Shown piece by piece: positions 1 through 8,411 of a stretch of 26,823 nt of DNA (the stretch's first letter is position 1; the number at the start of each line of letters is the position of its first letter). The stretch is from UHGV virus genome UHGV-0250493; one strand, given 5' to 3'. This stretch comes from a virus. The position numbers and the translations under genes are program-made. The notes under the pieces are model-generated. The model ran no database searches, had not been told where the DNA came from, and worked only from the letters and a program-made list of their open reading frames with translations.

Positions 1-10
1 GAAGCAGGCT

Positions 11-166
11 ATGAAGCAGCAAAAGGCGATGTTAATCGCCCTGATCGTCATCTGTTTAACCGTCATAGTGACGGCACTGGTAACGAGGAAAGACCTCTGC
101 GAGGTACGAATCCGAACCGGCCAGACGGAGGTCGCTGTCTTCACAGCTTACGAACCTGAGGAGTAA
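11..166 (+). CDS. hok: Hok/Gef-family type I toxin, 51 aa
   Basis: ATG 11, TAA 164-166. Translation MKQQKAMLIALIVICLTVIVTALVTRKDLCEVRIRTGQTEVAVFTAYEPEE closely resembles HokC/Gef small membrane toxins. Below the ORF-track size cutoff. The mok/Sok region would lie upstream of the window. Confidence 0.8.
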   Translation: MKQQKAMLIALIVICLTVIVTALVTRKDLCEVRIRTGQTEVAVFTAYEPEE

Positions 167-234
167 GAGACCCGGCGGGGGAGAAATCCCTCGCCACCTC
201 TGATGTGTCAGGCATCCTCAACGCACCCGCACTT

Positions 235-262
235 AACCCGGTTCGGCGGGTTTTGTTTTTTT
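235..262 (+). terminator. intrinsic terminator after hok
   Basis: Hairpin AACCCG-GTTCGG-CGGGTT followed by TTGTTTTTTT. Confidence 0.5.
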
Positions 263-333
263 CTGGCATTCTGGTTTACAATTCGCACGTCAGCCTGAAC
301 ACCTGACACCTGCTGCGCCAGCAGAGAAAACAG

Positions 334-606
334 ATGGCGCACAAAACCAAATTTCACAATTCTGATACCGACCTTGCCATCCGGCATGGGCGGCGTTCAC
401 ACGCATTTAAAACCGACTGGTACCAACACCCACCATGTACTGAAGAACAGGCCGAATGGCTAATTCATAACTACCGCAGACGCGGATACGAGATTAAGAA
501 AGCCCTCAGCCTCGATTATCGTCACTGGATAATCTCCGTCAGGCTTCCTTACTCTGAACGCCCACCGCGTCCGTCCCGCACATTCCAGCAACGCATCTGG
601 AGGTAA
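334..606 (+). CDS. hypothetical basic protein, 90 aa (same position as rem in Qin-type prophages)
   Basis: ORF from ATG 334 to TAA 604-606 lying between hok and the YdfU-like gene. No family recognised by eye. Confidence 0.45.
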   Translation: MAHKTKFHNSDTDLAIRHGRRSHAFKTDWYQHPPCTEEQAEWLIHNYRRRGYEIKKALSLDYRHWIISVRLPYSERPPRPSRTFQQRIWR

Positions 607-607
607 C

Positions 608-1663
608 GTGCGGGTATTACTTCGACCTGTTCTGGTACCGGAACTCGGGCTGGTGATCGTTAAGCCGGGCCGTGAATCCATGCCGGTATTCCACAATACC
701 CGGGTACTGGTGGAGCCGGAACCGAAAAGCATGCGTAATCTGCCGTCCGGGGTCGTTCCTGCCGTTCGCCAGCCGCTGGCGGAGGATAAATCATTACTGC
801 CATTTTTCAGCGACGAACGAGTGATTCGTGCTGCTGGTGGCGCTGGCGCATTGTCTGACTGGTTACTGCGCCATGTTAAATCCTGCCAGTGGCCACACGG
901 CGATTATCACCACAGTGAAACCGTCATTCACCGTTATGGTACCGGCGCAATGGTGTTGTGCTGGCACTGCGACAACCAGCTGCGCGACCAGACCTCCGAA
1001 TCACTCGGGCAACTTGCTCACCAAAACCTGTTTGCATGGATGATTGACGTCATACGCCATGCAATGAATGGCTCGCAGGAACGGGAATTATCGCTGGCTG
1101 AATTATCCTGGTGGGCGGTCCGCAATCAGGTGGCGGACGCGCTACCGGAAGCGGTATTACGTCGTTCGCTGGGGTTGCGTGCGGAAAAAATCCGCTCAAT
1201 GTACCGTGAAAGCGACATCGTACCGGGAGAGCAGATCGCCACCAGCATACTGAAGCAGCGCACAAAAAATCTTGCGCCGCTGCCTCACGCCCACCAGCAA
1301 AACCCGCCACAGGAAAAGACGGTGGTCAGCATTGCCGTTGATCCGGAGTCACCGGCTCAGTATCTCCAGCGCCAGAAATCACAACGGGAAGAGATGCCTG
1401 TATACACGCGTTGGGTAAAAACGCAGAAATGCATGACGTGTGGCAATCAGGCAGATGATCCGCATCACATCATTGGTCATGGACTGGGAGGGATGGGAAC
1501 AAAGGCTGATGATTTGTTTGTTATTCCGCTGTGCCGTAAATGCCATAGCGAACTACACGCCGGGGTAAAAGATTTTGAAGAAAAACACGGCAGCCAGCTG
1601 TTGTTGCTGATTCGTTTTTTAATGCACGCGAGAAATTCGGGTGTTCTGAAGTGGAAAGCATAA
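608..1663 (+). CDS. DUF968/YdfU-like protein with C-terminal Cys/His (HNH-like) zinc-binding motifs
   Basis: 351 aa ORF from GTG 608, immediately after the upstream stop. C-terminal CMTCG...HHIIGHGLGG...CRKCHSELH motif. Position between hok and rusA matches ydfU in Qin-type prophages. Confidence 0.65.
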   Translation: MRVLLRPVLVPELGLVIVKPGRESMPVFHNTRVLVEPEPKSMRNLPSGVVPAVRQPLAEDKSLLPFFSDERVIRAAGGAGALSDWLLRHVKSCQWPHGDYHHSETVIHRYGTGAMVLCWHCDNQLRDQTSESLGQLAHQNLFAWMIDVIRHAMNGSQERELSLAELSWWAVRNQVADALPEAVLRRSLGLRAEKIRSMYRESDIVPGEQIATSILKQRTKNLAPLPHAHQQNPPQEKTVVSIAVDPESPAQYLQRQKSQREEMPVYTRWVKTQKCMTCGNQADDPHHIIGHGLGGMGTKADDLFVIPLCRKCHSELHAGVKDFEEKHGSQLLLLIRFLMHARNSGVLKWKA

Positions 1664-2044
1664 ATGACTGAACGCATAGAATTTGTTTTGCCTTACCCGC
1701 CAACGGTGAACACTTACTGGCGACGTCGTGGCAGCACATATTTTGTATCAAAAGCCGGGGAGCGTTATCGCCGGGCAGTGGCGCTTATTGTTCGCCAGCA
1801 GCGGCTGAAATTAAGCCTGTCCGGAAGGCTGGCGATAAAGGTGATTGCAGAGCCACCGGATAAGCGTCGTCGCGACCTGGACAATATCCTGAAAGCACCG
1901 CTGGATGCGCTGACGCATGCGGGAGTGTTAATGGACGATGAGCAGTTTGATGAAATCAATATTGTTCGTGGTCAGCCAGTATCTGGTGGACGTCTGGGGG
2001 TGAAGATTTACCCCATAATGCATGAAGAGCAGGTCAAAAAATGA
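1664..2044 (+). CDS. rusA: RusA-family Holliday junction resolvase
   Basis: 126 aa. ATG overlaps the upstream stop (TAAATG). Shares the PDxRRRDLDN and LDDxQ motifs with E. coli RusA. Confidence 0.85.
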   Translation: MTERIEFVLPYPPTVNTYWRRRGSTYFVSKAGERYRRAVALIVRQQRLKLSLSGRLAIKVIAEPPDKRRRDLDNILKAPLDALTHAGVLMDDEQFDEINIVRGQPVSGGRLGVKIYPIMHEEQVKK

Positions 2045-2862
2045 AACTGGAAGATTTACCGAAATACTACTCCCCAAAATCCCCCGGCCTGACCGATGCA
2101 TCGGCCTCAACGTCAAAAGATGCGCTGAGTATCACTGATGTGATGGCCGCGCAGGGCATGACACAGAATCGGGCTGAGATGGGTTTTTCTGCGTTCCTGG
2201 GGAAAATGGGCATCAGTATGAATGACAGGGCGCGGGCAACAGAATTACTGGCAGATTATGCACTCAGTCGGTGCGATCGTGTGGCGGCGTTGAGAAAACT
2301 TCCGGCAGAAATAAAACCGGTAGTGATGCGCATTATGGCTTCGTATGCGTTTGAAGATTATGCCCGTAGCGCGGCGAGCAAAAAACAGTGCCCCTGCTGT
2401 CACGGAAAAAAATTTATTGAAAGCGAGGTTTTTACAAACAAGATCCAGTATCCGGATGGTAAGCCACCAGTGTGGGCAAAGTGCACAAAAGGCGTGTATC
2501 CGTCTTACTGGGAAGAATGGAAAAAAGTCAGGGAGGTGGTAAAAGTTGCCTGTCCGGAGTGTGGCGGAAAGGGTGAGGTTTCCACCGCCTGTAAGGATTG
2601 CCGTGGGCGTGGTGTCGCCATTCATCGTGAAGAGTCGGTAAAACGTGGTATGCCTGTTATCAGAGACTGCCAGCGTTGTGGTGGTCGTGGCTGTGAAAGG
2701 CTGCCATCAACGGAGGCATTTAATGCCATATGCAAAGTGACGAGTGCTATCACGCTTGATACGTGGAAAAAATCAGTGAAACGCTTTTACGATACGTTGG
2801 TGGTTCGGTTTGACATTGAAGAGGCATGGGCGGAGCGGCAGTTAAAGAGGGTAACGCGATAG
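2041..2862 (+). CDS. Q: late-gene antitermination protein Q
   Basis: 273 aa with start overlapping the rusA stop (ATGA). Multiple CxxC zinc-finger pairs. Followed directly by a lambda-like PR'/tR' region. Confidence 0.8.
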   Translation: MKLEDLPKYYSPKSPGLTDASASTSKDALSITDVMAAQGMTQNRAEMGFSAFLGKMGISMNDRARATELLADYALSRCDRVAALRKLPAEIKPVVMRIMASYAFEDYARSAASKKQCPCCHGKKFIESEVFTNKIQYPDGKPPVWAKCTKGVYPSYWEEWKKVREVVKVACPECGGKGEVSTACKDCRGRGVAIHREESVKRGMPVIRDCQRCGGRGCERLPSTEAFNAICKVTSAITLDTWKKSVKRFYDTLVVRFDIEEAWAERQLKRVTR

Positions 2863-2867
2863 TGTTG

Positions 2868-2895
2868 TTGATTTTTCCCGAATCTGTGGTAAATT
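2868..2895 (+). promoter_or_regulatory. PR'-like late promoter (-35 TTGATT, 16 nt spacer, -10 TAAATT)
   Basis: Sequence GGTAAATTTGCTCTAACGATGGG closely resembles the lambda PR' -10/start region (GGTAAATTTGACTCAACGATGGG). Lies directly after Q. Confidence 0.55.
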
Positions 2896-2943
2896 TGCTC
2901 TAACGATGGGCGTTTTATGCCTGACGTTAGAAGATTTTTTACA

Positions 2944-2967
2944 CCCCGCCGCCTGGCGGGTTTTTTA
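2944..2967 (+). terminator. tR'-like intrinsic terminator
   Basis: GC hairpin CCCGCC-GCCT-GGCGGG followed by TTTTTT, about 65 nt downstream of the PR' -10. Confidence 0.6.
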
Positions 2968-3088
2968 TGACTGAAATCGCGTCAGTACAGTAAACGCGCT
3001 GGTGGCGGTGAATACCTGTCTTTCAGCTTGCTGGCTTTTTCGACAAGAGTTATTGGTGTGTCACGTTAACCGGAAAAGGGAAAAAGAC

Positions 3089-3286
3089 ATGCTAAAACAG
3101 CAGGATATGACAGAAACCGCCAGAGTAGTGTTTAATGAATTAAGCGTTACCGAACCGGCGACAGTCGGGGAGATTGCACAGAATACTTACCTTTCACGCG
3201 AACGCTGCCAGTTAATACTGACCCAGCTGGTTATGGCGGGTCTGGCAGACTATCAGTTCGGTTGTTACAGACGCCTTCCGCAGTGA
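3089..3286 (+). CDS. hypothetical small protein, 65 aa
   Basis: ATG 3089 with AAGGG 8 nt upstream, in frame within track ORF 3002..3286. First ORF after tR'. Start is uncertain (alternative ATG at 3106). Confidence 0.4.
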   Translation: MLKQQDMTETARVVFNELSVTEPATVGEIAQNTYLSRERCQLILTQLVMAGLADYQFGCYRRLPQ

Positions 3287-3436
3287 AGGCTTTTTTATTT
3301 GTGGTAAATGGGCGGCTGGTGGGTGTTAGGGGCACCCACCAGCCATCTGCTCATGCGTTGGGTTCACAAGCAAACCTCAGGCCCACTGCTTTGCGCAAAA
3401 GCAGAATGAGCCTATCAGAGACAGGCTTAATGATCC

Positions 3437-4486
3437 ATGCTTAATACTGTAAAAATATCCAGTTGTGAGTTAATCAACGCCGACTGCCTGGAATTTATCC
3501 GGTCGTTACCCGAAAATTCTGTTGACCTGATAGTCACGGACCCGCCGTACTTTAAAGTGAAGCCTGAGGGCTGGGATAACCAGTGGAAGGGCGACGATGA
3601 TTACCTGAAGTGGCTGGACCAGTGTCTGGCGCAGTTCTGGCGGGTGCTGAAACCTGCCGGAAGTCTTTACCTGTTCTGTGGTCATCGCCTGGCATCTGAT
3701 ATCGAAATCATGATGCGTGAACGCTTCAGTGTGCTGAACCATATTATCTGGGCGAAGCCGTCCGGACGCTGGAACGGATGCAACAAGGAAAGCCTGCGGG
3801 CGTATTTCCCCGCCACAGAGCGCATTCTGTTCGCGGAACATTATCAGGGGCCGTATCGTCCGAAAGATGCCGGGTATGCGGCGAAGGGCAGTGCACTGAA
3901 ACAGCATGTGATGGCCCCGCTGATTTCTTACTTTCGTGATGCGCGCGCGGCCCTGGGGATAACGGCAAAACAGATTGCAGATGCCACAGGAAAGAAAAAC
4001 ATGGTGTCGCACTGGTTCAGTGCCAGTCAGTGGCAGCTACCGAACGAAAGCGATTATCTGAAATTACAGTCGCTGTTTGCCCGGGTGGCAGAAGAGAAAC
4101 ATCAGCGCGGTGAACTGGAAAAGCCCCACCACCAGCTGGTGGATACGTATACGTCACTGAACCGGCAGTATGTGGAGCTGCAGAGTGAATATAAGCATCT
4201 GCGGCGGTATTTTGGTGTGACGGCGCAGGTGCCGTACACGGATGTGTGGACACATAAACCGGTGCAGTTCTATCCCGGGAAACATCCGTGCGAAAAACCG
4301 GCAGAAATGCTGCAGCAGATAATCAGCGCAAGCAGTCGTCCGGGTGACCTGGTTGCAGATTTTTTTATGGGCTCAGGTTCAACGGTAAAAGCGGCACTGG
4401 CGCTCGGGCGTCGTGCGATTGGCGTTGAACTGGAGACCGGACGTTTTGAGCAGACAGTCAGGGAAGTTCAGGATTTAATCGTTTGA
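3437..4486 (+). CDS. DNA methyltransferase (N6-adenine/N4-cytosine class, DPPY motif)
   Basis: 349 aa with the catalytic motif DLIVTDPPYF near the N-terminus and a C-terminal AdoMet-binding-like FFMGSGST motif. No adjacent restriction endonuclease gene. Confidence 0.85.
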   Translation: MLNTVKISSCELINADCLEFIRSLPENSVDLIVTDPPYFKVKPEGWDNQWKGDDDYLKWLDQCLAQFWRVLKPAGSLYLFCGHRLASDIEIMMRERFSVLNHIIWAKPSGRWNGCNKESLRAYFPATERILFAEHYQGPYRPKDAGYAAKGSALKQHVMAPLISYFRDARAALGITAKQIADATGKKNMVSHWFSASQWQLPNESDYLKLQSLFARVAEEKHQRGELEKPHHQLVDTYTSLNRQYVELQSEYKHLRRYFGVTAQVPYTDVWTHKPVQFYPGKHPCEKPAEMLQQIISASSRPGDLVADFFMGSGSTVKAALALGRRAIGVELETGRFEQTVREVQDLIV

Positions 4487-4535
4487 AACGGATGAGATTG
4501 CAGAATTAATTACGCACCATTATTATTCTGCTCCC

Positions 4536-4611
4536 GGCCCTTTAGCTCAGTGGTGAGAGCGAGCGACTCATAATCGCCAGGTCGCTGGTTCAAATCCAGC
4601 AAGGGCCACCA
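4536..4611 (+). tRNA. ileZ: tRNA-Ile2 (anticodon CAU, lysidine type; may be annotated as tRNA-Met)
   Basis: Cloverleaf folded by eye: acceptor GGCCCTT/AAGGGCC, D-arm GCTC...GAGC, anticodon CAT at 4569-4571, T-loop TTCAAAT, encoded CCA. Near-identical to E. coli ileX. Confidence 0.85.
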
Positions 4612-4618
4612 TCACATA

Positions 4619-4695
4619 CCGCCATTAGCTCATCGGGATAGAGCGCCAGCCTTCGAAGCTGGCTGCGCGGGGTTCAAGTCCCCGATGGCGGTCCA
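4619..4695 (+). tRNA. argN: tRNA-Arg (anticodon UCG)
   Basis: Acceptor CCGCCAT/ATGGCGG, anticodon stem CCAGC/GCTGG, loop CTTCGAA (anticodon TCG at 4653-4655), T-arm CGGGG-TTCAAGT-CCCCG, encoded CCA. Confidence 0.8.
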
Positions 4696-4708
4696 TTATC
4701 TGCATCAT

Positions 4709-4752
4709 GCGTTGTTAGCTCAGCCGGACAGAGCAATTGCCTTCTAAGCAGC
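4709..4752 (+). tRNA. tRNA-Arg (UCU)-like 5' fragment, apparently truncated (argO-like)
   Basis: Canonical acceptor 5' strand GCGTTGT, D-arm, and anticodon arm with loop CTTCTAA (anticodon TCT at 4743-4745). No T-arm or complementary acceptor 3' strand (ACAACGC) found by eye in the following 100 nt. Confidence 0.4.
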
Positions 4753-5120
4753 TGTGGTTGCACTCCTGTTGTTTCTGGTGGTGATGGTGGACTTCAGCAG
4801 CCGGATAATGTCGGTGCTGTCTGATGGTGTTTTGGTGGCGGGTGTGTGGTTGTTGCTTTCCCGTTGCTGAAAAAGAAAGCATCAGGCGATTAGCAGGGTA
4901 TCAGTTACCCGTTGAAATTTTTAAATACCTCACAATTCCACAGCTTGATGATTGTCTGGCTGCCGGAGAATTTGTTAAAAATTACATCGCATGGTGAATC
5001 CCCCTGTGCGGAGGGGCAATCAGCGAGTAGGTATATGGGATAATCGCGGATTCAGGTGCTGGTACTGAATTCACCGGGAGGCACCCGGCACCATGCAATG
5101 GCACATAGCGCCACTCTCCA

Positions 5121-5155
5121 GCCCCTCTCCGGAGGGGCTGTTTATATTGATTTTG
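5121..5155 (+). terminator. intrinsic terminator in the toxin-slot region
   Basis: Perfect 7 bp stem GCCCCTC-TCCG-GAGGGGC followed by the T-rich tract TGTTTATATTGATTTTG. Confidence 0.5.
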
Positions 5156-5174
5156 TCAGATGTGAGTAAACTCC

Positions 5175-5510
5175 TTATGGACTTTGTTGTTTTAGTCCAT
5201 AAGGACATATTTGCAGAGTGCAACGGTTATTAAAGCATTCATTCAATACGTTATCTGTATTTGTAGGGCATTCCTGGCTGTTTTTGATTAAATTCCAGAA
5301 TGTTTTATTGAATGGCACTACGTTGTAAATGGTTACAGGTAGCACTTTGTTATTGAGCATGATGCCTGTGTGAGTCAGTGTAAATATACTTTCAGGAGGT
5401 AAGAAAGCATCCGATTGATACCAGATTATTAATTTTATTTTACTCCATATGACTGAAAAAGATATTCCGCATGATGGCTGGATAACTGTATCAATCACAA
5501 TCCACTTCAT
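5175..5510 (-). CDS. hypothetical protein, 111 aa, in AT-rich DNA (Cys-rich C-terminus)
   Basis: Minus-strand ORF with ATG at 5510 preceded by AAGGAA 5 nt upstream, stop at 5175-5177. Plausible promoter upstream (TTTACA, about 15 nt, TATACT). Local GC is far below the flanking phage genes. No family recognised. Confidence 0.5.
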   Translation of the reverse strand: MKWIVIDTVIQPSCGISFSVIWSKIKLIIWYQSDAFLPPESIFTLTHTGIMLNNKVLPVTIYNVVPFNKTFWNLIKNSQECPTNTDNVLNECFNNRCTLQICPYGLKQQSP

Positions 5511-5770
5511 TTAGTTTCCTTGTTTATGCCTTGCTGGTGATGTTCTGAAAAGTATAAATGATATTTTTGATTGTAAACCATAGAGCAGAATTATTTTTCT
5601 GATGTTGTTTATTGTTTATTTAAATGCAGGGTGGTTTATATCTCGTCTTGTAGTTTATCCATGCATATCTGCTTGATGATGAGGTTTTTATTTAAGGTAT
5701 GGTTTTGTTTTTTTTCTGTATTACATGTCAGGTATTTTAAAGAATCATTTTTCAGATGGTGGAAAGAACC

Positions 5771-7627
5771 ATGGCATTTAAACACTATGATGTTGTCAGG
5801 GCGGCGTCGCCGTCAGATCTTGCGGAAAAGCTGACACATAAACTGAAAGAGGGCTGGCAGCCGTTTGGTAGTCCGGTGGCCATAACCCCTTATACCCTGA
5901 TGCAGGCGATTGCAGCAGAAGGTGATGTGGTCGTCAGTGGTGCAACTGAGCCGGAGTGGTACTACGTCATCGTACTGGCCGGGCAGTCCAATGCCATGGC
6001 TTACGGTGAAGGGCTTCCGCTTCCGGATTCATACGATGCGCCCCATCCGCGCATTAAGCAACTGGCCCGTCGTAACACAGTGACTCCCGGTGGCGAAGTA
6101 TGCGTATTTAACGACATCATTCCTGCTGACCATTGTCTGCATGATGTTCAGGATATGAGTACGATTAACCATCCCCGGGCTGACCTGAGCAAAGGGCAGT
6201 ACGGTTGTGTCGGACAGGGCTTACATATTGCCAAAAAACTGCTTCCGTATATCCCTAATAATGCGGGGATCCTGCTGGTACCATGCTGTCGTGGTGGTTC
6301 GGCATTCACCAAGGGCACGGAGGGGACATTCAGCGAGTCCACGGGGGCCAGTCAGGATTCGGCTCGCTGGGGAGTGGGTAAGCCGTTATATCAGGATCTG
6401 CTTTTCCGCACGAAGGCAGCATTGCAGAAAAACCCGAAAAACGTTTTGCTGGCGATATGCTGGATGCAGGGGGAATTTGACATGAGCGCTGCCACCTACG
6501 CACAGCAACCGGACCTGTTCACGGCCATGCTGAAGCAGTTCCGTACTGACCTTTCCGGATTTAACGCGCAGTGCCATGGCGGCAGTGCTGCAGTTGTACC
6601 GTGGATTTGTGGCGACACGACGTATTACTGGAAAAACACATACGGCACACAGTATGACTCCGTCTACGGCGCGTACAAAAACAGGGAGAGCGACAACGTT
6701 TTCTTTGTGCCGTTCATGACCGACGGTAACGGCAACAACACGCCCACCAACTTACCGGCAGAAGACCCGGATATTGCTGATGCAGGTTATTACGGCGCGC
6801 AATCCCGTAGTAATGGTAATTGGGTATCGTCAAATCGTCCGACACATTTCAGTTCATGGGCGCGCAGGGGCATTATTTCGGATCGCCTGGCAACCGCTAT
6901 TCTGAACGCAGTTGGTCGAACCAGCGCCTTCATCAGCGGTACCGCACCGGAGATTAAACCCTCGCCCGGCGGCGACACGCCATCGGGGCCGTCTGATGGT
7001 GACACATCCGTTCGTACAGTCTCCCTGCTGCCGACAGCCGGAGAGGCTGCTGCGCAGGGCTGGACCATCACCGGCGGCAGTGTTGCGCTGGAAGATGGTG
7101 TGTTTAAGGTTACCAAGCAGAGCAATAAAACCTGGTCCCTGATGCATCCGGTGGATGACGCAGTCTCCCTGCTGACACGGGGTGGCAGACTGAGCTGTAA
7201 GTTTCGACTGTCAGGCGCACTGACCAACAACCAGTTCGGTCTGGGAATTTATCTGTATACCGATGTAGCGTTACCTGACGTCGTGGCGATGACCGGGACT
7301 GGTAACCCGTTCCTGATGTCGTTCTTCACCCAGACCACAGACGGCAAACTGAATCTGATGCATCACAAGAAAGCCGGAAACACAAAGTTGGGCGAGTTCG
7401 GGAATTACAGTAACGACTGGCAGACGCTGGAGCTGGTGTTCACCGCCGGCAGTGCCACGGTTACTCCGAAACTGAATGGAGTGGCTGGCCCGGCATTCCA
7501 GGTCATAAAAGACAGTCTGACACTGGGGCTGAATGCGCTGACGCTGACGGATATTACCAAAAATGCAGCGTATGGCGTTGAGATAGAAAGTCTGGTGCTG
7601 GAGATAAATGCACCGGCATCATCATAA
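5771..7627 (+). CDS. nanS-p: prophage 9-O-acetyl sialic acid esterase (NanS-p type: DUF1737 N-terminus plus SGNH esterase plus C-terminal domain)
   Basis: N-terminal MAFKHYDVV...EGWQPFGSP (DUF1737-like), then the SGNH-type motif VIVLAGQSNAMAYG. Position matches the large ORF downstream of the toxin slot in Stx-type prophages. Start taken at ATG 5771 (GGAAAG RBS) rather than track start 5756. Confidence 0.8.
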   Translation: MAFKHYDVVRAASPSDLAEKLTHKLKEGWQPFGSPVAITPYTLMQAIAAEGDVVVSGATEPEWYYVIVLAGQSNAMAYGEGLPLPDSYDAPHPRIKQLARRNTVTPGGEVCVFNDIIPADHCLHDVQDMSTINHPRADLSKGQYGCVGQGLHIAKKLLPYIPNNAGILLVPCCRGGSAFTKGTEGTFSESTGASQDSARWGVGKPLYQDLLFRTKAALQKNPKNVLLAICWMQGEFDMSAATYAQQPDLFTAMLKQFRTDLSGFNAQCHGGSAAVVPWICGDTTYYWKNTYGTQYDSVYGAYKNRESDNVFFVPFMTDGNGNNTPTNLPAEDPDIADAGYYGAQSRSNGNWVSSNRPTHFSSWARRGIISDRLATAILNAVGRTSAFISGTAPEIKPSPGGDTPSGPSDGDTSVRTVSLLPTAGEAAAQGWTITGGSVALEDGVFKVTKQSNKTWSLMHPVDDAVSLLTRGGRLSCKFRLSGALTNNQFGLGIYLYTDVALPDVVAMTGTGNPFLMSFFTQTTDGKLNLMHHKKAGNTKLGEFGNYSNDWQTLELVFTAGSATVTPKLNGVAGPAFQVIKDSLTLGLNALTLTDITKNAAYGVEIESLVLEINAPASS

Positions 7628-7712
7628 AAAGTGAGCCAGTCAAATGGAAGGTATCGTTAAACTCACCGGTAGTGTCAGTGGGTCGTCTGAGATGCCTGCA
7701 TGAGTTATCAGA

Positions 7713-7743
7713 GCCATCAGTACTTAACTGGTGGCTTTTTTTA
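7713..7743 (+). terminator. intrinsic terminator after nanS-p
   Basis: 9 bp stem GCCATCAGT-ACTTA-ACTGGTGGC followed by TTTTTTT. Confidence 0.5.
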
Positions 7744-7777
7744 TTGTTGTCAGCTTCCGGATAACGGGAGACGGGGT

Positions 7778-7993
7778 ATGTACCAGATGGAAAAAATCAC
7801 AACAGGTGTGTCATACACCACGTCAGCGGTGGGAACGGGCTACTGGTTCCTGCAGTTGCTGGACAGGGTTTCCCCGTCTCAGTGGGCGGCAATAGGCGTG
7901 CTGGGGAGTCTGCTGTTTGGGCTGCTGACATATCTGACTAACCTGTATTTCAAAATCAGAGAGGACCGTCGTAAGGCGGCACGGGGAGAGTAA
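7778..7993 (+). CDS. S: class II holin (S21-like pinholin)
   Basis: 71 aa, [71 protein letters not shown], near-identical in pattern to phage 21 S. Dual-start motif (Met1 and Met4). GGGAG RBS. Confidence 0.85.
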   Translation: MYQMEKITTGVSYTTSAVGTGYWFLQLLDRVSPSQWAAIGVLGSLLFGLLTYLTNLYFKIREDRRKAARGE

Positions 7994-7997
7994 TTCA

Positions 7998-8348
7998 ATG
8001 ACTCAAAACTATGAACTGATTGTGAAAGGGATCCGCAATTTTGAGAATAAAGTTACGGTAACTTTAGCGTTACGGGACAAAAAACGCTTTGACGGTGAAA
8101 TTTTTGACCTGGACATCTCGCTGGACCGTGTTGAAGGTGCCACGCTGGAGTTTTATGAGGCAGCAGCCAGAAGGAGCATCAGACAGGTCTTCCTGGATGT
8201 TGCTGCCGGGTTATGTGAAGGGGATGAGCAGTCGCCGGAAAAGCGCCCCGTAATTTTAGAGGCGCAGAATGTATGGATAACCTACAAAGGAAAGCTACCG
8301 GGAATAATTACTGGTTCTCTGAAGACTCCTCCGGAATCACAACCTTAA
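7998..8348 (+). CDS. YdfR-like protein (DUF1327-type) inside the lysis cassette
   Basis: 116 aa ORF with GGGAGAG RBS, between holin and endolysin as ydfR is in the Qin prophage. Function unknown. Confidence 0.6.
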   Translation: MTQNYELIVKGIRNFENKVTVTLALRDKKRFDGEIFDLDISLDRVEGATLEFYEAAARRSIRQVFLDVAAGLCEGDEQSPEKRPVILEAQNVWITYKGKLPGIITGSLKTPPESQP

Positions 8349-8411
8349 GTCACTGACCGGAACAGATAAACCTGTCCGTGGGCAGAAACCGATAAATCCT
8401 GATAAATATCC

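Noticed and set aside
3506-4012. 168 aa minus-strand ORF within the methyltransferase gene
   Set aside because: Antisense shadow ORF. The + strand frame carries the DPPY methyltransferase motifs.
4753-4790. 3' half of the third tRNA
   Set aside because: I looked for a T-arm (GGTTCGAATCC-like) and an acceptor 3' strand complementary to GCGTTGT and found neither, so I report only a 5' fragment. A folding program should confirm.
4800-5760. Shiga toxin genes (stxA/stxB) in the canonical slot
   Set aside because: No ORFs of stxA size (about 315 aa) or stxB size (about 89 aa with signal peptide) are present between the tRNAs and nanS-p on either strand.
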